64,000 nt of DNA from Eledone cirrhosa (Eukaryota): the NCBI GenBank assembly GCA_964016885.1, contig OZ024758.1:2542001-2606000 (forward strand). The letters are read 5' to 3'. The notes under the pieces are model-generated. The model was not told the origin of the DNA, searched no databases, and was given only the letters and a program-made list of their open reading frames with translations. Below are positions 15,704-29,484 of this stretch, piece after piece. Position 1 is the stretch's first letter. Each line of letters begins with the position of its first letter. The position numbers were made by a program, and so were the translations under genes.

Positions 15704-16030
15704 ATATATATATATGTAGAAATAATTAACGTGCTGGTATAACTTCACTAATCGGTTCCTCGTTCGATCTTATCTAGAAAGGTCTTTCTTGCATTTACCC
15801 AAAGAAGATCATTTTAAACCAGGCTTCTATAAATGGAAAATATTTTAGGCAGTTGGATAAATTGCACTAAAGAATGTTGATGAGACTGATTTCGACGCCA
15901 AGCTTATGTATGTATGTATGTATGTATGTATGTATGTATGTATGTATATATGTATGTATATATGTATGTATGTAGGTGTATATGTATGTATTTATGTATG
16001 TATGTATGTATATATACATATTTGCATGTA

Positions 16031-16087
<57 letters not shown>

Positions 16088-16274
16088 ATATGTATATATG
16101 TATATATGCATATATGTATATAAGAATGAATGTATGTATGTGTATATATATATATATGTATACAAGTATGCACGCATATATGTATATATGCATGTGGGGC
16201 ATATGTATGTATGCATATATATATATATATATATATATGTATTATGTATGTACATATGTATGCATATATACATG

Positions 16275-16308
<34 letters not shown>

Positions 16309-18787
16309 TGTATGTATGTATATATGCATGCATATATACATGTATGTATGTATATATATATATATACATGTATGTATATATATATATATATACATGTATG
16401 TATGTATATATATATATATACATGTATATATATATATATACATGTATATATGTATGTATATATATATGTATATATGTATATATGTATATATGTATGTATA
16501 TATATACATGTATATATGTATGCATATATGTATGTATATATTTGGAGTCGAGATTTAAGTTGTGTCTTTCTCCGAACATAAAAAAGTAAGCAATATTTAT
16601 TTTGCTACACGCAAATCATTAATAAAATTCTCATATTTTATATAATACTTTTTAATGTATTTGAAACCAATAAATTTTAGATAAAAAACTCTCACGACGT
16701 TGACATTCAAAATATAATGGAAAGTGAGAAGCTACAGGCTGATATTATGAAGAACTACCTTTGAGGATACTTTGAAATATCTTTCAAAAGACTTTTGAAA
16801 TTTCTTGAAAACTACTAGAAGAAAATATTTCCTTTTATCGTCTATCATTGTACATAAGCAGTGTTACAATTTGTCAGGTTCTGGTTTGTTGTGAGAAAAT
16901 ATATAAATTATATTAATTCAGTCCACCATTTCCTGATATATACAATCTTAAATGTTTGATGGATGCTTCGCCCACGATATAAGAAAAAGACAACAACAAC
17001 AACAACAGCAAAAAACAATAATAAAAATGTATATCAAATAGATGTATGTCTTGCTGTTTCAGGAACTTATGTAGTTTTTCTTTCATATATTGTTTAAGAT
17101 AGATAGAGAGATGGTAGGATAAATAGACGAACGAACTGACGTATGGATAGACAGATAGAAAAATAAATAAATATTTTATGTGATTGTTTACAATAATATA
17201 ATACAAAAGAGAGCTGAATGAGAATTAAACAATAAAAGCATGCAACAATAACACTGAACAGAGGAGTAATATACTTAAGTTTCCTGTTAACCCTCACAAT
17301 ATTCATTGATGAGGCTATTTCTGAAATATAATTCATCCCTTTCTTGTACCGTAGGTTTCTATACTACACTGCATATCCTGTACATTAGCCGCAATTTTAC
17401 TGTCACTTCTAACAAAATACCACTTTGCAGATTTTAATGTTCTACAGATTTTAATATTCTTTGAAAATTAAATTTCTTAAACTGTAACACCTCACACCCG
17501 ACTGATACATCCCACATGAATAATGTGTACGTGTGCATGTGTGTGTGTGTGTCTCTGTGTATGTGTCTGTGTGTCTGTGTGTATGCGAGAGTGTGTGTGT
17601 ATGTGTGTTTGTGTGTGTCTGTGTATGTGTTTGTCTATGTGTTTGTGTATGTGTGTGTGTGTGTCAGTGTGTGTGTTCGTGGCTTTATTTATCTTAGCAC
17701 TTCTACTTATAGTTTGGCCATACCTGCTTCTTTGTAATAATAAATATTTCAGCCAAGTTAAAGGGACGTGTCTATAGCTCTTCTGAAAGTATTCACCTTT
17801 ATTACGTATTATAGTTTTAATACTGTCATGCTTAACAGAGCTTATATATTTGTCTATTACATTATATAATAGTCTATGTTTGAATATAATTTACTACTTA
17901 TAATTTGTGTCGAGACAATTTCATGGTTTAATGAAAATACTTATGGGAAGTTCTTTGTAAACAGATACGTGTAAGATATCTTAATATATTTCTATTCTCT
18001 TTAGAAATTCGATGGATGTAATTGAGCTAGCTTGGCAAATATTGTTTTAAAATATTTTGATAATATATTATGTAGGAAAGCATTCAAATAAATCCCTCAT
18101 CGTCACAGCGATAGATGTTTCCACCGGTGTTTCTATATAGATGTTATAATATATTTTTTGAGCATCATTCTTATTTTTCTGTTCTGGCTTTATTCGGCGC
18201 TGTTTACTACTAAATTATTTGCATTTCCACAAGACAGAGTACCATAATTTAGACGTGGATGCACAAAAAATGGACAGATATCGCTGCATTAGCAGAAAGG
18301 AAAGTTTTGCATATTTTTTTTCTAACAAAGAACGTTTCAGATTAATAGGTTGGAACCAGACAATTATGTTATCTATTTATACACCTAGTAAAGGATGTGA
18401 TATAATACCACCTTCGACTATACTTTCTGTCTTTCTATTAATTATATTCAGTATGTGAACAGTGATATCAATAGCGCCACTACTTGAGCTAAGCAAGCAA
18501 TATGTGATTTATCTGATTGTTTTTTAGAGCTTAAAGCTAATTTCTTTCAATGAAGTTAGTCTGATACATTGATTCGTTCATTGTATAGTTTTCTTTTGTG
18601 GCTAAGTAAACAATAAATATTACTTTTTGTTGGAATAGGAAATATAGTTGATTGGATGCAAGGATCATAGGTTGGTGGTAAATTCTAACGAACAGAGCTT
18701 GCGATACAGGCTCGAAAATCGAAATTCCTTTCGTTCTATTCTTATAATGCAATTTTTCGAACTACAAATCTCACCTCTGTATGATTG

Positions 18788-18981
18788 CAGACCTGTCAAC
18801 TGTCCCCGTCCGACGGGGAGGTCTTCCGCCCACTTTGGCGTGGCTGAGAGATGTCTTCTCTTGTAAAAATTGGTATAGCTTTCATTATGTAAAATTTCCC
18901 CATTTTGCGTCATTTATCCCCATTTTGGGGCACATTTTTCCATGGTAGTCCCCATATGGATTTTAGCGGTTGGTAGGTCTG
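18788..18981. mobile_element. MITE with 13-bp TIR
   Basis: CAGACCTGTCAAC ... GTTGGTAGGTCTG; imperfect 6-bp flanks tgattg/tggttg. Confidence 0.65.
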
Positions 18982-20237
18982 TGGTTGGATACACATGAGG
19001 AAAGCAATGCCCTTAGTAGTGACACCGCAGACTATGCAGCACCTCCTGATATATACCTTGCTGGAACACACCAGTATAGCATTGGACTTGGCAGAGTTTA
19101 ATGAGAAAGGACATCAATATTTTCAGCTGTGTCAGAACCACATCTAGCCAAGCTTTGTAACTGACAATCTTGTGAACATGACACGAAGAAGAAGTGACAC
19201 AATGATCACTCTAGAAAGAGTTACAGGATCCATTTTTTACGATTGGTTGTGCCCTCAACAAAAACTTAAATAAAATAACACCGAGTGAAATTAATGTCCC
19301 AATTTCTAAAACTATTGTACCCATATTTATTGACAGAGGACAAGTGGGTGGAATGGAACATATCCAACGTAAATAAATACCTAGGATAGGAAATAGAGAT
19401 ATTTGAGGATTGAGACTACTTCACTAGATAGTAAAACAATTGCCATCTTTTTAAAACTAGGATTTCTTCCAACACGCTGACACGTATGTGTATATGTATG
19501 TGTGTGCATATGTGTATGTGTGTGTGTATGTGTGTGTGTGTGTATGTCCATATGCATACATTTATATGTATGAGTATATAAATATAAACACGCAAACACA
19601 GACACACATGCAAAAATATACACTCCCAGACATACATCCACATAAATACATATACATTAACAGAAACACACACATACATTCACACAAACACACAGACACA
19701 CACATACATACATTTACACAAACACACACACATACACTCACACACAGCGTAACAAATGGAACGCCAGTCACTGTTTTGCTATAGTTTTTTCACCATCCCC
19801 TTCCTTCCTTTTACACACCCGTACATTCACACACACACACACACACACATTGTGTGACGGACGAAAGGACGGACGGCCGGACGGAAGTCTCCCAAATTTA
19901 TATATACATAATTGATTAACACGACTCTCCTACATTACTGATGTGAAGTTAATACCAAAGGCATTTTAAATCTGAAACCTGGAGCTGAGAAAAACTGTCA
20001 ATGTATTCCCCATTAGTCATGAAAAGGCTAATGATGACTGTTGTGAATAGAGTTAAATAGTGTTAGCAGGGGCCTTAAAAATATGAAGGGGGACAAACCA
20101 ACTTTGTTGATTCTTAAAGGAGCATAAATTGCTTACGGTGCCTTACCCGGACCCTATCACATAAGTAAAATTTTACGCTAATTAAATTTTATATATTCCA
20201 ATGAAGTTCAGATATTAAAAGATATATATATATATAT

Positions 20238-20447
20238 AAAAGAAGGTGTGGTCAGGAACCAGGTGGACCATAACGCACCAGAGTACTCAATATTTAGGGT
20301 AGCAGAGTGGGTAATAGGGAAAAGAGTTAGGACCCCGACGGATGAGCTCCGGCCGTTTCAACAGGTTTCCTTCTCTATAAAAAATGTTTTTTATAGAGAA
20401 AGTAATCTGTCGAAACGGTCGTAGCTCAGCCGTCGGGGCCCTAAATC
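20238..20447. mobile_element. Family P palindromic copy (diverged subfamily, longer central hairpin)
   Basis: Same arm sequence; the centre is ttctctataaaaaa-tg-ttttttatagagaa. Confidence 0.8.
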
Positions 20448-20495
20448 TCCCCCCCCCATATATATATATATACTTATATATATATATATATATAT

Positions 20496-20545
<50 letters not shown>

Positions 20546-20547
<2 letters not shown>

Positions 20548-20753
20548 GAGAAAAACCACAGACCCTCCATCTCAATTCTACTTTTGAAAAGCAGAAGAAC
20601 TGCGAAACTGGTAAAGGAACCAAATAAATATATATATTTAAAAATAAAAAGACTCCAGTTGCATTTTCGATTTCATCTTTTTTCCTTATACTTTCACTCG
20701 TGTAGGACACCTCGTTATTTTTTCATTTTGTAAAAAAACCCTCACTTTCTAAT
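20546..20753 (+). mobile_element. (TA)n-flanked element, family H4
   Basis: Homologous copies lie at about 40952-41088 (+) and 60837-60983 (-). Confidence 0.7.
20581..20616 (+). ncRNA. Hammerhead motif with U3-A8 variant core (family H4)
   Basis: CUU-UUGAAAA-GCAG(aagaa)CUGC-GAAA-CUGG-UA|AAG. Sister copies have the palindrome ACCGGU in helix III. Confidence 0.6.
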
Positions 20754-20770
20754 ATATATGTATATATATA

Positions 20771-20915
20771 TTTCTGGACTAGAAATAGCCGTCGAAACGG
20801 CTTGAGCTCTGCCGTCGGGGTTAAACATTTTCCTATTACCCACTCTACTACCCTAAGTATTGAGTACTCTGGTGCGTTATGGTCCATCTGGTTCCTTACC
20901 ACACTTCCTTCGTTA
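20771..20915 (+). mobile_element. Family P single arm
   Basis: tttctggactagaaatagccgtcgaaacggc...ccttaccacacttcc, flanked by (TA)n. Confidence 0.85.
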
Positions 20916-21809
20916 TATATATATTACAAACATATATATATATGTTAGAGCAAACATCACGAGCGCTCTATCTCAAAATTATTTTTGAAAAGCTTTAGAA
21001 ATGCGCAACCGGTAAAAACTTCAAACTAAAACTGAATACTAACCAATACTTATTACTAATTTATACTTATTCCTAATTAAACTATTTTTCACTGGGAAAA
21101 ATTTGTCAGCATTTTCTTTTCCTTTTACTAATATATCACAACTCGTGTGTTACACCTCCATTTTTTAAAAATATATATATATATTTATATCGTGCCCATC
21201 CTGTCTTTATTGAACTTAATCCGATATGTTTGTGTATCAAGACTAAGGAGTTTCCATTTATCTATTACAAACAACGTTGGTTAAATCTATAACTACATTA
21301 TGTAGTACAATACACCAGATATAAATACAGATATTCACTTATTTGTAGACACATAGTATATCATGCGCACATCCATTAAGATTGGTTAATTTAATGCTTA
21401 GGTGATTAATGAGATTCTATCGCAAATGAGCATAACCGGGCTAATTAATATATTTAATTAAAGACAGTTTCTGCCTTTTTTTTTATTTTCAACGTTTCTT
21501 TTGTGAAGGGAATATTGTTATTTTCAGTTTAGTTTTATTATTGTTACTATTGAATTCTAGTTTGTTCAGTTGTAGCAATGAACGGCTCAATTTAATGATG
21601 GAGTATAACACTGGTTTTATCTAAGTATTCGCCAACATATCTTACGTAATTAATCTACAGATAAAACAATGTACAAAAACTAATTGATATATATATATAT
21701 ATAATATATACGTTATTCATATATATATATATATATAATATATATATATACACACATTTATATATATATATCAATTACACACACACATATATACATATAT
21801 ATATGTATG

Positions 21810-21849
<40 letters not shown>

Positions 21850-21901
21850 AATATACACGATATATATGTTTATATATATATAAGTGTATACATGCATATA
21901 C

Positions 21902-21974
<73 letters not shown>

Positions 21975-22038
21975 AACGTATATATATATATATGCATGTA
22001 TACACTTATATATATATATAAACATATATATATATATA

Positions 22039-22094
<56 letters not shown>

Positions 22095-22224
22095 CATACA
22101 TACATATTTATATATACATATATATTTATATATAGATACATACATACATATTTATATCTTGACGGTATAGTCACTTATATATTATGAATTACTGTTGGCT
22201 TCTCGCTCACATTAATTTCTCTAT

Positions 22225-22274
<50 letters not shown>

Positions 22275-22537
22275 GTTTATTGCTAATAGGCTTGGAGCGA
22301 TAAATATCCAAATTTAGTGCTATGGCAACTTGCTCTAGCATCTTCAAGATTGCTAATAGGTCGATAGTTTACGATCCATATGATATATTCCAAAAATATT
22401 TTTAACAGGTTTAGATTTTCATGCAATCAATCCTTATTCTGTAACTGGAAAACAAGAATTTGTATTTCGAAACAATTTTGTTCCTTATTAATCAATAGAA
22501 GGGGAAGAGATTTTAAAGCAACAGATTTAGATATTTA

Positions 22538-22628
22538 TAATTGTTTCTACTTTTGCCACAAGGCCAGCAATTACCCAGTCCATTACTGGTACTATATTTT
22601 ATCCACCATGTAAAGATGAAAGGACAAA
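22538..22628 (-). mobile_element. SINE A 3' fragment
   Basis: aattgtttctacttttgccacaaggccagc... Confidence 0.75.
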
Positions 22629-22749
22629 TGTTGCGTTGTTGGGTAACTCATGTAAAAATGAGCTCAAGAAAACTGACACACAAGTAGTCGTTGAAACCAC
22701 GACTCGTAAACCACAGATCTATTGTACTAAAAATACTATACCCCGACTA

Positions 22750-23150
22750 ACTAATTTTATACTAAAAATTCCGTTATGCAGTGACGAATTATTATGTAAT
22801 GTTGTGTCAAGTTCTGGGTCTCATTCCCTTGACAATTCAATATATTTCTGTATATTTTCTACTATATTATATTGTGAACCCAAAACACACAGCACCACAA
22901 AGCTCAAATGGTTTATTCGTAACAACACTGAAGCTTTTAAGGTGAAGAATGCTGCTTAAAACATAGTGGAAGTAACTAAGCGACGTGAACAGAGAGGAAA
23001 TACCCAATAACTGCAATATCTACAAAGAAGCCATCAAAGAAACCAAAGGATAATTGAGACTTCACACATCATCAAAGTTATAGCCGAGCCTTCTTGTCAC
23101 TTGATAAGAGACTCTCGTTTAACTTTTCACGATCATCCTACCTCATCCAC
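22750..23150 (+). pseudogene. Possible highly decayed Penelope-like ORF remnant (RT/GIY-YIG linker region)
   Basis: Translations IPLC..., NSIYFCIF, HSTTKLKWFIRNN, ECCLK and NIYK loosely follow the order of Penelope linker/endonuclease motifs recalled from memory. It lies just upstream of the hammerhead inverted repeat. Confidence 0.3.
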
Positions 23151-23309
23151 TTCAACTATACACACACCCGACCTATCAAAACTATCTCCAAGAGTTCCTT
23201 CTCAATTCCTTCTCTCTGCCTATCAAGATCACAATTACCAATTGTGAACATTTTTCCAATCACTCATTCTACTTTTCCTTGACTCTTTAACTATGTATAT
23301 TCTGCGTAT

Positions 23310-23377
<68 letters not shown>

Positions 23378-23605
23378 ATACTTTGGGAGGGTCATGTTGC
23401 CAATAAGAAACACGTTTTCAGATAAAGAATCTTGCTAAACAAATTCAGAAATGATATATATATATATATATATATATAATGTAGGAGGTGAGTTTTATTG
23501 TAGTACAATAAAGCAATGCAGATATCGGATAAGAAGCACTCTACAGTTTGTAGGACTGGAGTATACATAATATAAGATCAAAAGATGGTTAAAGGAGTTC
23601 CATGT

Positions 23606-23674
23606 ATTTTATTATGCGCATTTCAAAAACAAACATCATCATGCAATAATATTTGTGTTTTCATCAGATAAAAC
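23606..23674 (-). ncRNA. Hammerhead ribozyme motif (family H2b)
   Basis: Reverse complement of 24395-24463; core intact. Confidence 0.8.
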
Positions 23675-24394
23675 AGGAGAACATGATATGAAGGCTAAAA
23701 AACACTTGTGGATAGTGCAGTTTTAAATCAACATATGAAAAGTGGTTTTAGATTGATGTGTGATATTGGGAAAAATATTTTATTTATCTCTTTGTTAATT
23801 TTGAAATTGCCACAACATACCCTTTTTTGACGTTAGAATATTCATCCACAATTATTATTTCTTCTCTATCTTCATACATAAATTCCCTTCGTTAATTTTC
23901 AAATTCCTTTAATTTATACATTATCTTCCAACGGTTTCTCAACCTCTCTATGTAAAACAATATATCTTTCTCTCAGTTATAAAAACTATCTCTTTCTCTC
24001 TATCACCCATCTCTCCCTCTCCACCTTCACTCTCATCTCCTCCCCCTTTTTTTCATCCTTTACACCCCCCCTCCCTAAATAAAATACTTTTTCCTCGCAC
24101 ATATCCTCCTTTCGTTAATTTTCAAATTTTTTTTTAATTTATACATTATCTTCCAACGGTTTTCAACCTCTCTATGTAAAACAATATATCTCCTCTCAGT
24201 TATAAAAACTATCTCTTTCTCTCTATCACCCATCTCTCCCTCTCATCTCCTCCCCTTTTTCATCCTTTCCACCCCCCCTCTCTAAATAAAATATTTTTCC
24301 CAATATCACACATCAATCTAAAACCACTTTTCATATGTTGATTTAAAACTGCACTATCCACAAGTGTTTTTTAGCCTTCATATCATGTTCTCCT

Positions 24395-24463
24395 GTTTTA
24401 TCTGATGAAAACACAAATATTATTGCATGATGATGTTTGTTTTTGAAATGCGCATAATAAAAT
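24395..24463 (+). ncRNA. Hammerhead ribozyme motif (family H2b)
   Basis: GUUUUAU-CUGAUGA-AAAC-ACAAAUAUUAUU(gcau)GAUGAUGUUUGU-UUUU-GAAA-UGCGCA-UA|AUAAAAU. Stem II is long and helix III is the palindrome AUGCGCAU. Confidence 0.8.
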
Positions 24464-24494
24464 ACATGGAACTCCTTTAACCATCTTTTGATCT

Positions 24495-24539
<45 letters not shown>

Positions 24540-24634
24540 GAGGTTATATTTAATTTGTTGGGATTCAGGAACCTCCAACCGTTAAGGTTGTCTTTGTTCC
24601 GGGTACATCAATATTTATTTATAAAACTAATCTG

Positions 24635-24700
24635 TATTTTATCTGATGAAAGCGCACCATAATTTGCCTTGGTTGCCCTTGAAATATATATAATAAAATA
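24635..24700 (+). ncRNA. Hammerhead ribozyme motif (family H2c)
   Basis: UAUUUUAU-CUGAUGA-AAGCGCACCA...UGGUUGCCCUU-GAAA-UAUAUA-UA|AUAAAAUA. Stem I is 8 bp and helix III is the palindrome AUAUAUAU. Confidence 0.75.
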
Positions 24701-24738
24701 AATATGGTTTTATAAATATAGTTTCCATTTATTAATAT

Positions 24739-24793
<55 letters not shown>

Positions 24794-24843
24794 TTGTGTG
24801 TGTATGTGTGTGTGCGTGTGTGTGAGCGTATGTGTGTGTTTGT

Positions 24844-24881
<38 letters not shown>

Positions 24882-25382
24882 CTGATATACTTTGTGTTAG
24901 TTGATCAAATAAACTAGTGTACGGAGGATAGACAATTTAGTTATGTTTACTCCGGAGTATAGGTATAATAATGAAGCAGAATTCAACAGGGTAGATGGTA
25001 CCCCATTTCTTTGTTACACAATCGCTATTATACGTATTTCAATGGTAACTGTTACATACCACTTATCACAGCGATTGTGTAGCAAATTAATGAGGCAAAT
25101 TGTAACTTATCGACATCTACTTAAATATGTATAAATTATATACCTACATATCTATTTCCATGCTGTATTTTCGGAGCATATGATTCTATCTTGTTTATTT
25201 GTATAAAACGAAAGTTGTTCTACGAATGCACAGTAATAGACACACACACATATATATATATATATACGTGTATATATATATATATATATACACATATATA
25301 TATAAATATATATATATACATATATATATATATACATATACGTATATATATATATATATACATATACGTATATATATATATT

Positions 25383-25453
<71 letters not shown>

Positions 25454-25457
25454 GGAC

Positions 25458-25489
<32 letters not shown>

Positions 25490-25493
<4 letters not shown>

Positions 25494-25626
25494 ATAAATT
25501 TGAAGACTAAAAGGATAAATATATATCAAATATATAAGAACCGTAGAGCAAATATTTATTAAAATAACAGATTAAAATTTAAGCAAAGAATCGCTGCTTT
25601 CACCCTTAACGGGATCTTCTGAAAAA
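25490..25626 (-). mobile_element. (TA)n-flanked element, family H6, unrearranged copy
   Basis: Homologous to 15531-15703, with fragments at about 15215-15270 and 46536-46570. Confidence 0.7.
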
Positions 25627-25671
25627 TATATATACATTATATATATAATATATATATATATATATTATTAT

Positions 25672-25704
<33 letters not shown>

Positions 25705-26785
25705 TATATATTATATATATATATATATACATATATGTATATATAATGTATATATATAAAGAGTGAGAGAGAGATAGATAGATGGACGGATAGATAAATA
25801 TGTATGTATGTATATATGTATGTATATATATATATATATATGTATGCATATATGTATGTATGCATATAGGTGCTTGTGTGCGTTACGTTTATTTGAATCT
25901 ATGCATCTATGTATATATATATATATATATATACATATATGTATGTATTTCTATATGTCTGTATGAAAGAGAGAGAGAGGCAGATAGATAGATAGAGAGA
26001 GAGACAGAGAGATAGATAGAGAGAGAGAGAGAGAAGGCGAGAGGGGCGAGAGATAGAGATAGATATATAGATAGATAGATAAATAGATAGATAGAGAAGC
26101 TAGGGGAGGGAGAGAGAAGAAAAAGAGAGAGTGATCTAGAGTGATATAGATGTACTTTGTCGTTCATCTGTATAAATTAAGCCTGCCTGATCTATTTAAC
26201 TCTGACATTTATGGAGAAGTATGCAGCAAGCAACCTAGATTTATGCAAAGACTTTTCCCTCGTAATTATTCTTGAGAGAGTAATACAGCGAGGGAGGGAG
26301 GTGGGGTGAGAAATGTGAAGTAGCCACTGACAGTAAAACGAAGGAAGAAAGGAGAGAAGTGGAAGGAGAAAAAAAAACGAAGGAAAGAGAAAAGTAATAT
26401 GGGAAAGGAAGAATGAAGGAAAGAAAGAAAGAAAGGAAGGTAAAAAGGAGAAAAAGAAAGAAAGAAAAAAAGGAAGAAAAGAAGAAGGGAGTGGAAAAAG
26501 GAAAAAAGGAAGATGCGAGAAAAAATGCCAAGGAAGACATTTATCTACATTCAACTCCTTAGATGAGTAAGTTGTAGTAATGCAACTGCAGCAATAGCAA
26601 CAGCATCATCTTCTTCAATACCATTACCATCATCAACATGAGCAGTAGTAGTAGTAGCAGCAGTCATTAGTGTTTGTTGTTATGGGAAATGAGATGAGTT
26701 TGAATAAATGATAAAATGTCCGACTAAACACTTTATTTGCTTTCGTTCTTCAATATTCTGAGTTCAATCTTTACATCTTTACCTG

Positions 26786-27038
26786 TTGTTACAGCTCACA
26801 CCTATGCAGGTTTAGCTGGCCTCCTCCAAGGTATATCTCGTTGGAGGTGTCTTGGGTAATTTAATGATAGGGACCCCAGTCCTGCCATCTCATTTCTACA
26901 GCTGAGTAAACTGGAGCTATGTGAAATAAAGTGTCTTGATCAAGGAAAGAACACATCACCCGGTCCGATAATTGAACTCACAACCTTTCGATTGCAAGGC
27001 CAAAGCTCTAACCAGTAAGCCATGCGCCTTCACAAATT
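26786..27038 (-). mobile_element. tRNA-derived CORE-like SINE family B with 8-bp TSD
   Basis: tRNA-like head (tggcttactggttagagc...gagttcaatt), core ccttgatcaagacactttatttcac, TSD tttacctg. Confidence 0.8.
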
Positions 27039-27481
27039 TTTACCTGGGTAAATATTAACTTTTATTTATTTTAGGGTTGATAACCTTTAAACCAGTTGTT
27101 GTTCAGTTTCAAACCTACCCTGTTGTAATGGACCTAGGGTCGAAGACGTTCCAGCCATGATCACCCATATTTTATTCAGGCACACTATTATCCCGTATGC
27201 CTTACTTTTTGTAGGACAATAAAGTGTGGTTTTTACTTCCAGCCAGTGAGCACATAGTCATCTCGTTAGCTCTCACCCAGAACTGTTCTTTAAAGACATT
27301 TGTATGTCAAGAAAAAAGAGCTTTATCCATTAAAAACAAAATGCCTGATATTTCAATCTAACTAAATTCTCTGTTAATATTTTTATCCCTATTTGTATGT
27401 ATGTATCTATTTACGTATTTATGTATGTAAGTATGTACGTATGTATATTTGCTTGAATAAATGCAATTATGTATGTATACT

Positions 27482-27513
<32 letters not shown>

Positions 27514-27648
27514 CATACCTATATATATACATATATATAGATATATATATAGATAGATATATATACATTCATATATATATATATATAGGAACAAGATGGC
27601 GTAGGACAGAACAAAGGAGAGGCACAAAAACAAAGAAAATAATCCCCA

Positions 27649-27691
27649 GTCACTGAAGAGGTCACAGAATGTGTGACGAAAGAACTTTGAC
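27649..27691 (+). ncRNA. Hammerhead ribozyme motif (family H3)
   Basis: GUCA-CUGAAGA-G-GUCACA(gaaug)UGUGAC-GAAA-GAAC-UU|UGAC. Confidence 0.8.
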
Positions 27692-27902
27692 AACATATGA
27701 ACAATCGTCTCGTTGTGGAACCAACCAACCAACCGGAAATTTATAAATTCCAAAATTTATAAATTTAATTTATAATAAATTGAAGTGAAAGCAATGGTGC
27801 GTGTGTTTCTTATTGGCAACATGACCCTCCCAAAGCATGACAATATCGGTTTCAACACACGTTTTCAGATAAACAATCTTGCTAAACAAATTCAGAAACG
27901 AA

Positions 27903-28022
<120 letters not shown>

Positions 28023-28066
28023 CTATATATATATATATATATATATACACCTATATATATATACAC

Positions 28067-28098
<32 letters not shown>

Positions 28099-28167
28099 CT
28101 ATATATATATACACCTATATATATATATATATATATATATACACCTATATATATATATATATATACA

Positions 28168-28206
<39 letters not shown>

Positions 28207-28207
28207 C

Positions 28208-28303
<96 letters not shown>

Positions 28304-28864
28304 CATACATATATATATATATATATATACATACATATATATATATATATATAAGCAGTCCATTTGTTGAGAAGATTTATCTGTTTATCTGTTGGTATAT
28401 ATATATATATATATATGTCGCCATCGACCTCATTCTCGTCATCGTCACGGTGATGGTGACGGTGGCGGTGGCGGTGGTGGTGGTGGTGACGCGGTGGTCA
28501 TGGCGGCGGTGGTGGTCGTCTGCTATACGAATGCTGTAGTAATGTAAACATATTTAATATGAGAATGTTATTAATATCTTAATTAGCGATATTCAATGCA
28601 GCCTGCTTTGAAGATCTTTGTAACTGTGCTCAGTTAAGCTTTTCTAATGAACAACCATCTTCTTATCATTCTGTATCTAACTAACAGCAGACGATATCTC
28701 TCTCTCCACCATTAACTACCTCCTCCGACATCTAGTCTCAAACCATACTCCATTTCTAACACACACATATATATATATATATGTATATATACACACATGT
28801 ATATTCATACACAAACACATACATACACATATATATATGTATATACATGTATATATGCATGTAT

Positions 28865-28902
<38 letters not shown>

Positions 28903-28958
28903 GTATGAATATATATATATATATATATATATGCATATATATATATATATATACATGC

Positions 28959-29001
<43 letters not shown>

Positions 29002-29106
29002 TATATGCATATATATATATATATATATATACATGCATATATACATATATATATATATATATATATTCATATATGCATATATATATATATATATATATAT
29101 ACATGC

Positions 29107-29152
<46 letters not shown>

Positions 29153-29484
29153 ATATATGCGTGTATGTATATATATATGTATATATTCATATATGCATAT
29201 ATACATATATATATACATACATGCATATATACACACATGTATGTGTGTGTGTATGTATATATGTACGTATATATATGCACGCACTCGCTTGTAAGCACGT
29301 GCACGCATACTTACATACACGCATACTCACAGACGTACACATACAATCACGTACTCCCCCCCCCCCCCACACACACGCATACAAGCACGTACACACATAA
29401 ATACATAACAATGTATACGTAACAAACGCACACACACATACACATCTCAAACACACACACACACATATATATATATATGTATAC

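Larger units (their letters stand above)
23567..24502. repeat. Inverted repeat with 220-bp arms (23567-23786 and 24283-24502) around a spacer containing a roughly 200-bp direct duplication
   Basis: The arms are exact or near-exact reverse complements. Spacer segments at about 23886-24090 and 24108-24300 are direct copies. Confidence 0.95.
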
